Positions 33,003 to 42,175 of a stretch of DNA of 64,000 bases are shown here, piece by piece. The position numbers and the translations under genes are program-made. Source of the stretch: Nitrospirales bacterium. GTDB taxonomy: Bacteria; Nitrospirota; Nitrospiria; Nitrospirales; UBA8639. The stretch is from contig OY729426.1 in assembly GCA_963422365.1 (NCBI GenBank), positions 1,056,001 through 1,120,000 on the forward strand. Direction: 5' to 3'. The notes under the pieces are model-generated. The model had not been told where the DNA came from. It saw only the letters and a list, made by a program, of their open reading frames with translations, and did no database searches. The stretch's first letter is position 1; each line of letters begins with the position of its first letter.

Positions 33003-33600
33003 TTATTCATCCTTCTTCTGCAGCAGTAACAGAATTAACCCAATGATCTTTTCCTTATCTTTCGCGTGACTCTCCGCCACCAATAACGTCAAAACCGTCA
33101 GGGCCTCTGGAGTGAGACTGTCCTGCAGAAGCCCTGCTTTACGTAAAAACCAGATAACGCAAACGCCCTGCTTCGTTTGTTGCCGTCCACGAAGGGATGA
33201 TTGTTCACCATGAAATAAAGAAGGTGTGAGGCTTTTTCTTCAACCGTTGGATACAGGTCTTGACCACCAAAGGATTGAAACACGTTGCCGACAATCCCGT
33301 GTACGGCATCTTTGTTTTTTTCCTGACCGAAAAGATCCGTTGCTTGTTTTCGTACGAGCAGTTCCTGCTTTAGCTCGTGCAGTGCCTGTGTCAGTTCATC
33401 AGCCGTAAAAGTCGCGTCTTTTTTCGTTGCTCAGTTTTTAGGGAAGTTTTGGGTGTCATAGGCATCCAGGGAAAATCAGGTGTTCGCAAAAGCCTCTACA
33501 AGTTCCAGAACGTCCTGTGTCTGGATTTGTATTATCTCTAGGCAATAGTGTTTTGAGACCGCCAACCCCCTGTAAGAATGTCTCGTAATTTTCGGTCGTT
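33003..33600 (-). pseudogene. Fic/Doc-domain protein remnant
   Basis: QSFGGQDLYPTVEEKASHLLYF..HPFVDGNKRS. Confidence 0.75.
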
Positions 33601-33854
33601 TTATTTCTTCGCTTTCTCTTCATGACTTTTTCTCCAATGTAACTCTCTTTCAGCAGTTCTCCGGCCTTTATCGCTTCTGAAAAAATCACATTTTTGACAC
33701 ATATGGCACCATATCTTCTCAAAAAATATATTTATTGAGAAGATAACGGCAGAAATGAGCCTCTTTAAGGACTTTTGGGGGAAAAATTTCAGCCCAGCAT
33801 GTTCTCTGCCGAAAAGGCAAAGAGAGGGCCGAATCGTCAAGGTTGGTCTCTTGG

Positions 33855-34532
33855 CTATTCTGCGAGGTGGGCGATTAGTCGGTTGGCGAGCCGATGGGAT
33901 TCAGGAAAAATTTTCTCCGCTGATTCCAGTAAGGCCTCTGTTGTGGTTTGTGCTCGTTCCACGTCGGTGGAACATTCGCGGCAGAGGGCTTTGACTCCTT
34001 CGGTTTCCAATTCCAGATGAAATAAGAGCCCGTAGGCGCGTTCCCCATACCGGAAGGCTTGAATGGGATAGAACTCGGATGAGGCGAGCCAGAGCGCCCC
34101 TGGCGGCAGCGTGAACCCCTCGCCATGCCACTGAAAGACAGTAACGTGGCGAGGAAACGTTCCAAAAACAGCATCCGTCTCTTCTTCGACGGTGCATACG
34201 ATCGGGGTAGGTCCGATTTCCAGTCGAGGGCCGGGACTGACCTGGCCTCCCAAGACCTTTGCCATGAATTGAGAGCCCAGGCATACGCCTACAGCCGGAA
34301 TTCCTGCCTCGATCGTGTGTCGAATAAACTTTTGTTCTTTCTCAATCCAAGGATCAGAATCATTCACGGACATGGGGCCTCCCATGACCAGTAGGAGATC
34401 CGGAGGCGTGGGCGGAAGCTCTTGTTGAGGGACAAGCAGCGTTTTGAGCTGATAATGACGTTCCTCTAACGCCTGTCGAAACACGCCGGGACCTTCAAAG
34501 GGAACGTGTTGGAGGCAGAGGGCCTGCTTCAT
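33855..34532 (-). CDS. Type 1 glutamine amidotransferase (GMP synthase-like)
   Basis: QHVPFEGPG, MGGPMS, GVCLGSQ, QWHGE, FHLE. Confidence 0.92.
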   Translation of the reverse strand: MKQALCLQHVPFEGPGVFRQALEERHYQLKTLLVPQQELPPTPPDLLLVMGGPMSVNDSDPWIEKEQKFIRHTIEAGIPAVGVCLGSQFMAKVLGGQVSPGPRLEIGPTPIVCTVEEETDAVFGTFPRHVTVFQWHGEGFTLPPGALWLASSEFYPIQAFRYGERAYGLLFHLELETEGVKALCRECSTDVERAQTTTEALLESAEKIFPESHRLANRLIAHLAE

Positions 34533-34570
34533 GGTGACGACGGAGTAAGGAAAGAATGAGAACGTCGCGA

Positions 34571-35239
34571 TTACGAACGGGGGCAGCCGTTTTTGGCATT
34601 CACGCATTCCACCAAATACCAATACTGGAAGGGATCCATTTTTTCCTGTTTCATCACCTGAAGGGGCGTGCCTTCAAGTACATGATGTAAGGATAAATCC
34701 GTGCGGAAGCCTATCCGTTGGCATATGGGGGAAATCAGTTTCTCTACCGCGGCGATTAGTTTATTTCCGTTGCTGAAGTGGTTCAACATGACAATGCAAC
34801 CGCCAGGGCGGCAGACACGAATCATCTCCGACACGACTTTCCGATAATCCGGGACAGCGGTGACCACGTAGGCAGCCATGACCAAGTCGAAGGTATTGTC
34901 TTGAAAAGACATGTGTCCCGCATCCATGCGCTGCAGCGTGACGTGATCGAGCCCATGCTTGGCAATGCGCTCCTCGGCCTTTTTCAGCATGCCTTCCGAG
35001 AGGTCGATCCCCACAATTTGACAGTGGATCGGATACAAGGGCAATGCCATGCCCGTGCCCACGCCGACTTCCAGTACGTGATCATTGGGAGAGACGTGGA
35101 GGCCTTTGACGGCCGATTCCCGTGATTGATCAAAGGCCTTCCCGAAGGTTTGGTCATAGACCGACGAGTAATTCGTATAGACCCGTTCCAGGCTTTCAAG
35201 ATTCATAGCCTGTTCTTGTTGGTTCATTCTATTTTCCAC
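34571..35239 (-). CDS. Class I SAM methyltransferase (phospholipid N-methyltransferase-like)
   Basis: VLEVGVGTG, GIDLSEGML, RVCRPGG, LNHF. Confidence 0.85.
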   Translation of the reverse strand: MENRMNQQEQAMNLESLERVYTNYSSVYDQTFGKAFDQSRESAVKGLHVSPNDHVLEVGVGTGMALPLYPIHCQIVGIDLSEGMLKKAEERIAKHGLDHVTLQRMDAGHMSFQDNTFDLVMAAYVVTAVPDYRKVVSEMIRVCRPGGCIVMLNHFSNGNKLIAAVEKLISPICQRIGFRTDLSLHHVLEGTPLQVMKQEKMDPFQYWYLVECVNAKNGCPRS

Positions 35240-35583
35240 ACAAGACCTCTGCTTATTTGAGGGATCAGTCAGTGACAGCTACAATAACTCTCATTCAGGA
35301 GGTATGATCAGGGCGCGATCCCGTTCTGCTCAATAACCGTCGGAAGGCCCACTTGGAACGGGCATGATAAGAAAAAGACCTTAACACTACGTCACAGGAT
35401 GAGTCAACCATTTGCTTTCCCCATCCTTTCTCATCCGTCCCGATCGGTGTGACAACTGGAGGGCTGATAAGCGTTGAAAAGAGGCAAGGTGGTTTCTTGC
35501 AATTTAGCAGGGTGTTGGTGAGCCGGTTCCTTGTTGATCCCTTCATAATCCATATCCATTTCTCAACGAAAAGGAGAGACGGC

Positions 35584-36246
35584 ATGCGTTCATATGGACG
35601 ATACAATCACCAGAAAAAAGGACTCGGGTTCATGCTGCTGTGCTTGTTGGGAGGAATGGGTTCGCCGGCGTTTGCGATTGACGTCCAGTTAACCCTGGAG
35701 CAAGCCAGGCAGATCATGGACTCAGCCCGAGAGCCCATGGAGCAGGCTGCTTCCAATGATGAAATGTTTGGCATCATCAAAGCGGCGGATAAAAACTCCC
35801 GCATTGGGGACGATCCTGCCACCAAACCTTGTGGCAGTAGCGTGATTTTACGAACGAAAACCTATTGGTTCGAATATTTTGGACGCGAAGAAGGCCGACG
35901 GTCCAAGGTTGCTCAACAACAAGTCCGGATGCCTGAAGCCAACATCCAGGAAATTCTGAATATGCCGAATCTTGAAATGGAGATCGGGCTATGCGGGCCG
36001 GAAGAGTTTTTTGCTGAAGGGGCGGACGTGGCACTGCAACAAGGGGCGACGAACGTGATGGCCGTGGATAAAGGCAAGCCCAGCCGTGGCCGGAAAATTC
36101 CTGGATCCGAGATGGAGTATGTGTCTCGGTTTTCCGCCCGATTTGCCTATCGGGATTTTGACCCGCAGGCTGTGACGAATATTGTCGTCTTTTTCCCGGA
36201 CGGGCAATTGATTAGTATTGAGGCAGACTTTTCCAAGATAAAGTAA
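35584..36246 (+). CDS. Hypothetical exported protein
   Basis: RBS AGGAG; signal peptide ending AFA. Confidence 0.65.
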   Translation: MRSYGRYNHQKKGLGFMLLCLLGGMGSPAFAIDVQLTLEQARQIMDSAREPMEQAASNDEMFGIIKAADKNSRIGDDPATKPCGSSVILRTKTYWFEYFGREEGRRSKVAQQQVRMPEANIQEILNMPNLEMEIGLCGPEEFFAEGADVALQQGATNVMAVDKGKPSRGRKIPGSEMEYVSRFSARFAYRDFDPQAVTNIVVFFPDGQLISIEADFSKIK

Positions 36247-36311
36247 GTGTGCCGGGCAGAAAGCTCGGGCCTATCGGACAGCCCTCCCCGCACGACCATC
36301 ATTGTCGAATG

Positions 36312-38057
36312 TTAGGATTCAGGGGAGTCCGTTTCCAATTCCACCATCCGCAGTGTATACAGATGGCGGTACAGGCCGTCCTGTTGCATCAGTGCCGTAT
36401 GCGTGCCTTCTTCGACTATTCTGCCCTTGTTGAGAACAAAAATCCGGTTGGCTTCCTGAATGGTCGTGAAGCGGTGGGCAATGACCACGGTCGTCCGTCC
36501 TGCCATGAGTCGTTGTAACGCGTGCTGGACCAACATCTCGGATTCGGAATCCAGCGCCGAGGTCGCTTCATCCAAAATTAAAAGCCGAGGATTTTTGAGG
36601 ATGGCGCGGGCAATCGCAATGCGTTGCCGTTGCCCCCCCGAAAGATTGACGCCTTTTTCGCCGACCAATGTGGCGTACCCATCAGGCAGAACCGAAATAA
36701 AATCGTGGGCGTGAGCGGCCCGACTCGCTGCAACAAGGTCTTTTTCTGACGCGTCTTCTCGTCCATATCGAATATTTTCCAGGATTGTGTCGCCGAATAA
36801 GATGGTTTCTTGGGGCACGATAGCCACTTGTCGATACAGGCTGGTCAAATGCACGTGCCGAAGATCTTGATCGTCGATCGTGATGCACCCTTCGACAGGA
36901 TCATAAAACCGGTGTAACAGATTCGCGATTGTACTTTTCCCCGACCCCGTGGGACCGACTAACGCCACGATTTCCCCTGGATGCACGTCAAAGGAGAGAT
37001 CGGTGAGCACCGGGTGACGCGGATCATACGCAAAACTCACGTGTGAAAAGTTGATATGGCCTTGAATGTCTCGCAACGCTCTGGCTTGTGGGGCATCAGT
37101 CACCTCTGGCGTGGTGTCGAGTAACTCAAAGACGCGTTGCAGGGCACCCTGTCCCTCCTTCATTTTTGAAAAGATTCGTGCCGCTGATCCAAAAGGGCCG
37201 ATTAAAATTCCCGCAAACAACACGAAGGCTAAGAGGTCCCCAGGCGTCATGGCCCCATCGATGACTTGTGTGCCGCCGTACCAAAGGACCGCCCCGGCCA
37301 TCATAAACGTCAAGAGGGTGATGATGGGGATAAACACGGAGAGGATTTTGGCCCGGGAGAGCGTCCTGGCACCCAACGCGTGTACCGCTGTGCCGAATCG
37401 TCCTTCCTCTCGGGTCGTCTGGACAAAGGATTTCACAACTCGAATCCCCGAGATCACTTCTTCAATGAGCGTAGAAAGAGAGGCGGTGTGATCTTGTATC
37501 TGCGTAGAGAGGGACTTCAATCGCTGTCCAAACAGACGGGCCACGAAGACCAAGAGCGGAAGCAACAAGACAATAAGCAGACAGAGTTTCCAATTCATGA
37601 ATAACAAAAACCCGATTCCGCCGATCAGCGTCACCAGTTGTTTGGCGGAATCGATGGGGGTTTCGGTCACGAGGTTCTGAATCACCCCCACGTCGTTCAT
37701 GAGCCGCGAAAGAATTTCCCCCGTTCGTCGTTTTGCAAAAAAACTGAGGGACAGGGTGTGCAAATGACGAAACAGGTGTGTGCGAAAATCGGCGATGATC
37801 AGTTGAGAGAGACGGGTGGTCAGATAAGTCTGCCCCATGGTCAAGACACTTTGGATGATGGCGATTACCAGAAAAAGCAGAATCGTTTGCGTCATGCGTT
37901 CAACATGACGTTGAACCGTGATGAGGTCCCATAATGTGCCTCCGAGTTTCAGCAACGTCAGGTTGAGGGCTGCCACGCCCATGATCAAGGCTCCGGCCAA
38001 TATCATTTGAGAAAGATAGGGACGAAGAAACGGGAACAGGCGAGAGTATTGACTCAT
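36312..38057 (-). CDS. ABC transporter permease/ATPase (MsbA-like)
   Basis: TM domain plus GPTGSGKS, LSGGQRQR, LILDEATS. Confidence 0.92.
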   Translation of the reverse strand: MSQYSRLFPFLRPYLSQMILAGALIMGVAALNLTLLKLGGTLWDLITVQRHVERMTQTILLFLVIAIIQSVLTMGQTYLTTRLSQLIIADFRTHLFRHLHTLSLSFFAKRRTGEILSRLMNDVGVIQNLVTETPIDSAKQLVTLIGGIGFLLFMNWKLCLLIVLLLPLLVFVARLFGQRLKSLSTQIQDHTASLSTLIEEVISGIRVVKSFVQTTREEGRFGTAVHALGARTLSRAKILSVFIPIITLLTFMMAGAVLWYGGTQVIDGAMTPGDLLAFVLFAGILIGPFGSAARIFSKMKEGQGALQRVFELLDTTPEVTDAPQARALRDIQGHINFSHVSFAYDPRHPVLTDLSFDVHPGEIVALVGPTGSGKSTIANLLHRFYDPVEGCITIDDQDLRHVHLTSLYRQVAIVPQETILFGDTILENIRYGREDASEKDLVAASRAAHAHDFISVLPDGYATLVGEKGVNLSGGQRQRIAIARAILKNPRLLILDEATSALDSESEMLVQHALQRLMAGRTTVVIAHRFTTIQEANRIFVLNKGRIVEEGTHTALMQQDGLYRHLYTLRMVELETDSPES

Positions 38058-38411
38058 GGCAAGGGACGTTCGTTAGGCGTCGGTCGGCAGAATGGAGAAA
38101 CACATGCCATGAGGCATGTCCCTCGTATCAGGGTACGGGGCAGGCTCTGCCTCCGGGCAGGGCTGGGGCCGAGACCATCCATCTTTTCGTAGTAGGAGCA
38201 TCTCATGCGGTCTGACAGAAGGTGCCACATGAGCCTGCCCTTGACCTTGATCGGGGGATGGCGCGGTTACACGGGATTACAAAAGGGCCGCGACACGGTT
38301 CTACATCAATGGAATCAACAAATTCCCGACTCCCCATGCAGCCCCGCTCACCCGAATTGTGGTTCGTGTTCCCAGGAGCATCTTCCACACCTAGTGATGG
38401 AATGGTAAATC

Positions 38412-38507
38412 TTAGTTCCGTCGACGAGCAAATTTCATGCGTCGGCGAAGTTTTTTATGCTTATGCTTCCGCATTTTTTTTTGTCGTTTTTTGACTACAC
38501 TCGCCAT
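38412..38507 (-). CDS. Small basic AURKAIP1/COX24 (bS22-like, DUF1713) protein
   Basis: MASVVKKRQKKMRKHKHKKLRRRMKFARRRN with RBS AAGGAG; below the ORF-track length cut-off. Confidence 0.85.
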   Translation of the reverse strand: MASVVKKRQKKMRKHKHKKLRRRMKFARRRN

Positions 38508-38753
38508 TCACACTCCTTTTTTTCCTCACGGGGAAGGTGGTTGCGCTTCTGGGGTCTTACTGAAAGCAAAGAGAGATGTGCTCCAAGGTGCGGAGTGGTT
38601 TCACAGGTAACATAGCGTTTCAGGAAGTGTCAAGAAAGGAACGGGGTCTGTCTCCATGAGTCGTCAGGTTGCCTTGGAAGTAGCAGGATCCTCCATGGGA
38701 GTCAGGGCACGTTCCCTCTCCCGTTGTACGGACGGAACAGGTAACACAGGTTT

Positions 38754-39543
38754 GTCTTAATCCCTTCTTCATCAGGTCTTCACTTCAGACCTTGCGCCCC
38801 CGCCCTACGGGCGGGGGGGCGATAAATGCTGATTAATATTCCGCCTCACGCGCGGCGATCATCTCGCGGGCCTCATCCCATTTGGGTTGCCGGCGCGTGG
38901 CGGCACCCACGCGTTGGATGATGGCCTCGGCATTGCGTTTGCGTTCCAGAGTCCCCCGGCCGCCGCCGGCGATCTCAAGCGCAAACTCGCTGAGCGAGCG
39001 CCCCATCCGAGCGCTATGGCACCCCACGCAGGCGGTGACCAGATTGCTCGGATGAGTATTGCCGTCACCGCCGGTCACATCGTCGATGAGCAGGCCGGCA
39101 CACTCCTCATCCTCGATCACCTGCCCGCAGTATACGCAGGCCAGGTGATCCCGCAGGTAGATGCTAGTTATGGTGGTTATATCCATTGTTTCCCCCTTGC
39201 GCCCCCCGCCCTACGGTCTTAATCCCTTCTTCATCAGGTCTTCACTTCAGACGAAGAATAAAAATCGGGAACGGGCTCTCATCGACCGTCTTAATCCCTT
39301 CTTCATCAGGTCTTCACTTCAGACCCGGATCGGCCGTTTAATGATTAGCATAAAATTAAGAAGGTCTTAATCCCTTCTTCATCAGGTCTTCACTTCAGAC
39401 TCCGCCGAGAATCAGAGAGGGACGTGCACGGGATCGTCTTAATCCCTTCTTCATCAGGTCTTCACTTCAGACAATGGAGATTAAAACTTATGTGAGTACC
39501 GGGAGAGTCTTAATCCCTTCTTCATCAGGTCTTCACTTCAGAC
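38754..39543 (-). CRISPR. CRISPR array: 6 identical 37-nt repeats, spacers of 425, 35, 39, 35 and 34 nt
   Basis: GTCTTAATCCCTTCTTCATCAGGTCTTCACTTCAGAC at 38754, 39216, 39288, 39364, 39436, 39507; the minus strand ends ATTAAGAC (type III handle), so the leader is on the right next to cas2. Confidence 0.97.
38833..39186 (-). CDS. HNH-fold zinc-binding protein embedded between two CRISPR repeats
   Basis: RDHLACVYCG...IDDVTGG...NLVTACVGCH; RBS AAGGGGG 5 nt before the ATG. Confidence 0.8.
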   Translation of the reverse strand: MDITTITSIYLRDHLACVYCGQVIEDEECAGLLIDDVTGGDGNTHPSNLVTACVGCHSARMGRSLSEFALEIAGGGRGTLERKRNAEAIIQRVGAATRRQPKWDEAREMIAAREAEY

Positions 39544-39719
39544 TCCTTTCTCGAAAAAACCCTTTTCTTAGAATGGCTTGCAAAGGGGGTTGCAGGAAAT
39601 GTCCCAGGCTGCAAGAGGAACGTCACTATCATAACGCCGTGCATGGGGGACTCGATCAAACGAAGAAAAACGAAGTATACGATTTTTTTAATCAATCGTC
39701 AGCCTCATCCCCTAGGGAT
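39544..39719 (-). promoter_or_regulatory. CRISPR leader
   Basis: Non-coding, A/T-tract-containing region between cas2 and the first repeat. Confidence 0.7.
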
Positions 39720-40043
39720 TCACGGTCGGTCGGGGGGATCTTGGATCAGTGCCAATCGACTCTGTCCGTTTTCGATCAGTAACGTGTTTGTGGCAAAAAA
39801 CTGTTGTCCCAATAGGGTCACGTCACCGGTGGCGGGCAACGGGTACGCCCGAACGTCATCGTGTTTTGGATCAATCATTGCCTCAAGCTCAGACAGGATG
39901 TGATTGAGTCGGGAGTGACTCAGCGGCGCGGCGAAGACGGAATACTGTACCCGACAAGCGTGCTGACACAGATATCTGGCGACCCGTCCCAGGCGCTTGG
40001 GGTCTGCAATATCGTACGCAACAAGATACAATCGCTGACTCAT
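39720..40043 (-). CDS. cas2: Cas2
   Basis: YLVAYDIADPKRL, RVQYSVF, DDVRAY. Confidence 0.93.
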   Translation of the reverse strand: MSQRLYLVAYDIADPKRLGRVARYLCQHACRVQYSVFAAPLSHSRLNHILSELEAMIDPKHDDVRAYPLPATGDVTLLGQQFFATNTLLIENGQSRLALIQDPPDRP

Positions 40044-40804
40044 ACGAAATCCACCAAAAAGCCTTGCAGACGGCTGGTCAGCCTGCGCGCAATTCGCGCC
40101 AACCGGTGACTGTGTTGCTCAAATAATGCCACAACGTCACGATCATTGATACGCTGGTGTGCCGGCCGCCGGCTTAACCATTCACTCAGGGGCAGTTGCA
40201 AGGACAGGGATAATAAATCAGCAGAATCAAGGGGTATGTTCAGCCGTTGCTCAAGATAGAGACTGCGTTCGGCACTCAGCCCTGCTTGCTGTAAGACCTC
40301 GTTGGCGAGATTGCTGCACAACCCATGCAAGCGTCGTTGCAGATCACTTCGCTGGCGCGTGTCAACGAATTGTTCCATATGGCGATCCAGCCTGGCACGG
40401 ATTTGCTTGAGCGAGAACTGGTCCGATTGCACGTTCAATGTGCGGCACAGTGCTCGTCGAGCACGGCTGGCAGCCGCAGCGACCCAGATCTGATAACGGT
40501 CAGGCCAGTCGGGGCGGTCCAGGAGATCACGCAGGTGGGTAAACAAGTCATCGTTCGCTCGGCTACGACCAAACACATGCGCCCTGATTGCGCCGTCATG
40601 CCGTAAGAAGGTGACGGTAATGCCACGCTCTGCGCAAGCAAGCAGAGTGGATGTCGCGCATTCCGGTGACCCGGAAATGACAAGACGGGACATACGGCGC
40701 AAGGGGACAAGCACGGCAGCCTGCCCTGATGCCGCGATACTCAAGGATGGGCCATCTAGGTTGATCTGCATCCCTTTCCGACCATGAATGTAACAGGGCT
40801 TCAT
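40040..40804 (-). CDS. Degenerate Cas1-like protein (N-terminal beta domain kept, catalytic motifs absent)
   Basis: DGPSLSI..VPLRRMSRLVISG..LLACAERGITVTFL resembles the adjacent Cas1 N-terminus; no EG/H/DxxE motifs. Confidence 0.7.
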   Translation of the reverse strand: MKPCYIHGRKGMQINLDGPSLSIAASGQAAVLVPLRRMSRLVISGSPECATSTLLACAERGITVTFLRHDGAIRAHVFGRSRANDDLFTHLRDLLDRPDWPDRYQIWVAAAASRARRALCRTLNVQSDQFSLKQIRARLDRHMEQFVDTRQRSDLQRRLHGLCSNLANEVLQQAGLSAERSLYLEQRLNIPLDSADLLSLSLQLPLSEWLSRRPAHQRINDRDVVALFEQHSHRLARIARRLTSRLQGFLVDFV

Positions 40805-41766
40805 GCGTCATCTGCCTCGGGTAACTCAGGGGCAGCATCCAGCAGGGCCCGTGCGATCTGATAGCTGCGAAGACGCAGATACCGTCGCCATGGCCCGGCA
40901 CATGCGTCATACTGTTCAAAAAACGTCCGGCGGCCGTTTTTGTTGAGCAGGCAGCTTTGTCCTTCGCGGCTGAAGTGGCCCGTGCTCAACAGACGTTGGC
41001 GAAATACATGCCAGACCCAGCGGTCGACCCGCGGCCGCAATGGTTCAATCACGTCACAGGCCAAAGATTGGCGGCCATACGCAGGCTCATGGTAAAACCC
41101 CAGCAGCGGATCGAGTCCTGCTCCATGACAGGCACGTACCGCTTCATGGTGTAGCAGGGTATACACCAGCGACAGGCAGGCGTTCACCGGGTCGCGCGGG
41201 GGACGACGATTCCGCCCGGTGAAGTCCAGACTGCCGGCAAACAGGTGCTGAAACCCGGCAAAGTACATGGCCGCTGCCGACCCCTCCAGACCACGCAACA
41301 CGTCCATGCTCACGGCCTTGTGCACGGAGGGCACGAGAGAAGCCAGCCCTGTTGTCGCGGTACTGAGCGGGTGACGAAGATCGAGTCGGCGTAACAGCGC
41401 GGACTGTAATAGTTTGTGCTGCGCGGTGATTTTCGCCTGCACCAGTTGCCGGCTCCAGTTCAGGCGTCGTTCGGTATCATGCCAGAGCTGATACTGGGCA
41501 AGCCGGCGTCGTGCATCATTATGACCCGGACACAAGAGTTGCAGACGTCGCTGACCTGCGCGCCCGTGCATGATGGTGACGCCTATGCCGCGCTGCCCCA
41601 GTGTTCCCAGCAGACGGCTGTCCAACGTCACCTGACTGTGGATGACGACCCGATCCAGCATTGTGAGCGGCACACTCTGTGGTCCTGCATCGGGTCGCCG
41701 GACCAGCAGTCGTTTCCCGTCCAGTTCGAGTTGCAAGTCTTTGCGATCAATGCATAACGTCAGCAT
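40801..41766 (-). CDS. cas1: Cas1 integrase
   Basis: LRGLEGSAA, RNRRPPRDPVNACLS, GFYH, SLACDVIEPLRP. Confidence 0.97.
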   Translation of the reverse strand: MLTLCIDRKDLQLELDGKRLLVRRPDAGPQSVPLTMLDRVVIHSQVTLDSRLLGTLGQRGIGVTIMHGRAGQRRLQLLCPGHNDARRRLAQYQLWHDTERRLNWSRQLVQAKITAQHKLLQSALLRRLDLRHPLSTATTGLASLVPSVHKAVSMDVLRGLEGSAAAMYFAGFQHLFAGSLDFTGRNRRPPRDPVNACLSLVYTLLHHEAVRACHGAGLDPLLGFYHEPAYGRQSLACDVIEPLRPRVDRWVWHVFRQRLLSTGHFSREGQSCLLNKNGRRTFFEQYDACAGPWRRYLRLRSYQIARALLDAAPELPEADDA

Positions 41767-41771
41767 CGCGT

Positions 41772-42053
41772 TCAGCCGATGTAACAGTAGGATTGATCTT
41801 CGGGTGCGACACCCTTGCCCAAGGTCTTGATGTCATCCGCAGAGGCCAGCGGCAGGAGCAGAAACCGATCCTCATCCGGATCGATGATCCTCCCGATGGT
41901 CTCGACCAACTCCCGCCGCTCGGTGCCGGTCAGAAAACACTCGAAGACGGATTTCTGGCGGCCACAGGCAAACCCTTTCAATACATACAGGGCAGCCCGC
42001 AGGCGGCTGGTGTTGCTGATGTCATAGGCGGCAAGATAGAGTCGGCGTTTCAT
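41772..42053 (-). CDS. cas2: Cas2
   Basis: YLAAYDIS, QKSVFEC, EDRF. Confidence 0.93.
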   Translation of the reverse strand: MKRRLYLAAYDISNTSRLRAALYVLKGFACGRQKSVFECFLTGTERRELVETIGRIIDPDEDRFLLLPLASADDIKTLGKGVAPEDQSYCYIG

Positions 42054-42092
42054 GCCGACAAGTTAAACATATGGAAGCGCACTTTGCCGGAT

Positions 42093-42138
42093 TGGCAAGC
42101 TTGTCGTGGCTGGACAGTTGCTTTGAAGACTCTATAAT
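42093..42138 (+). promoter_or_regulatory. Palindromic box plus sigma70-like promoter for the CARF-RelE gene
   Basis: TGGCAAGCTTGTCG 42093-42106; TGGACA 42111-42116; TATAAT 42133-42138. Confidence 0.65.
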
Positions 42139-42175
42139 GAAAGCAGCATCTCACATTGAACGTGGAGGAAGTCAT

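Noticed and set aside
38600..38753. Possible additional degenerate CRISPR repeat beyond the trailer
   Set aside because: No recognisable match to the 37-nt repeat one spacer length away.
39253..39506. Self-targeting of the phage tail remnant by normal spacers
   Set aside because: No match noticed by eye; an alignment is needed to exclude it.
39161..39782. ORFs reading through the CRISPR repeats
   Set aside because: Translations of repeat/spacer sequence, not genes.
39720..42053. Reverse transcriptase-Cas1 fusion as explanation for the gene-sized sense spacer
   Set aside because: No RT domain or YADD-type motif is evident in the locus.
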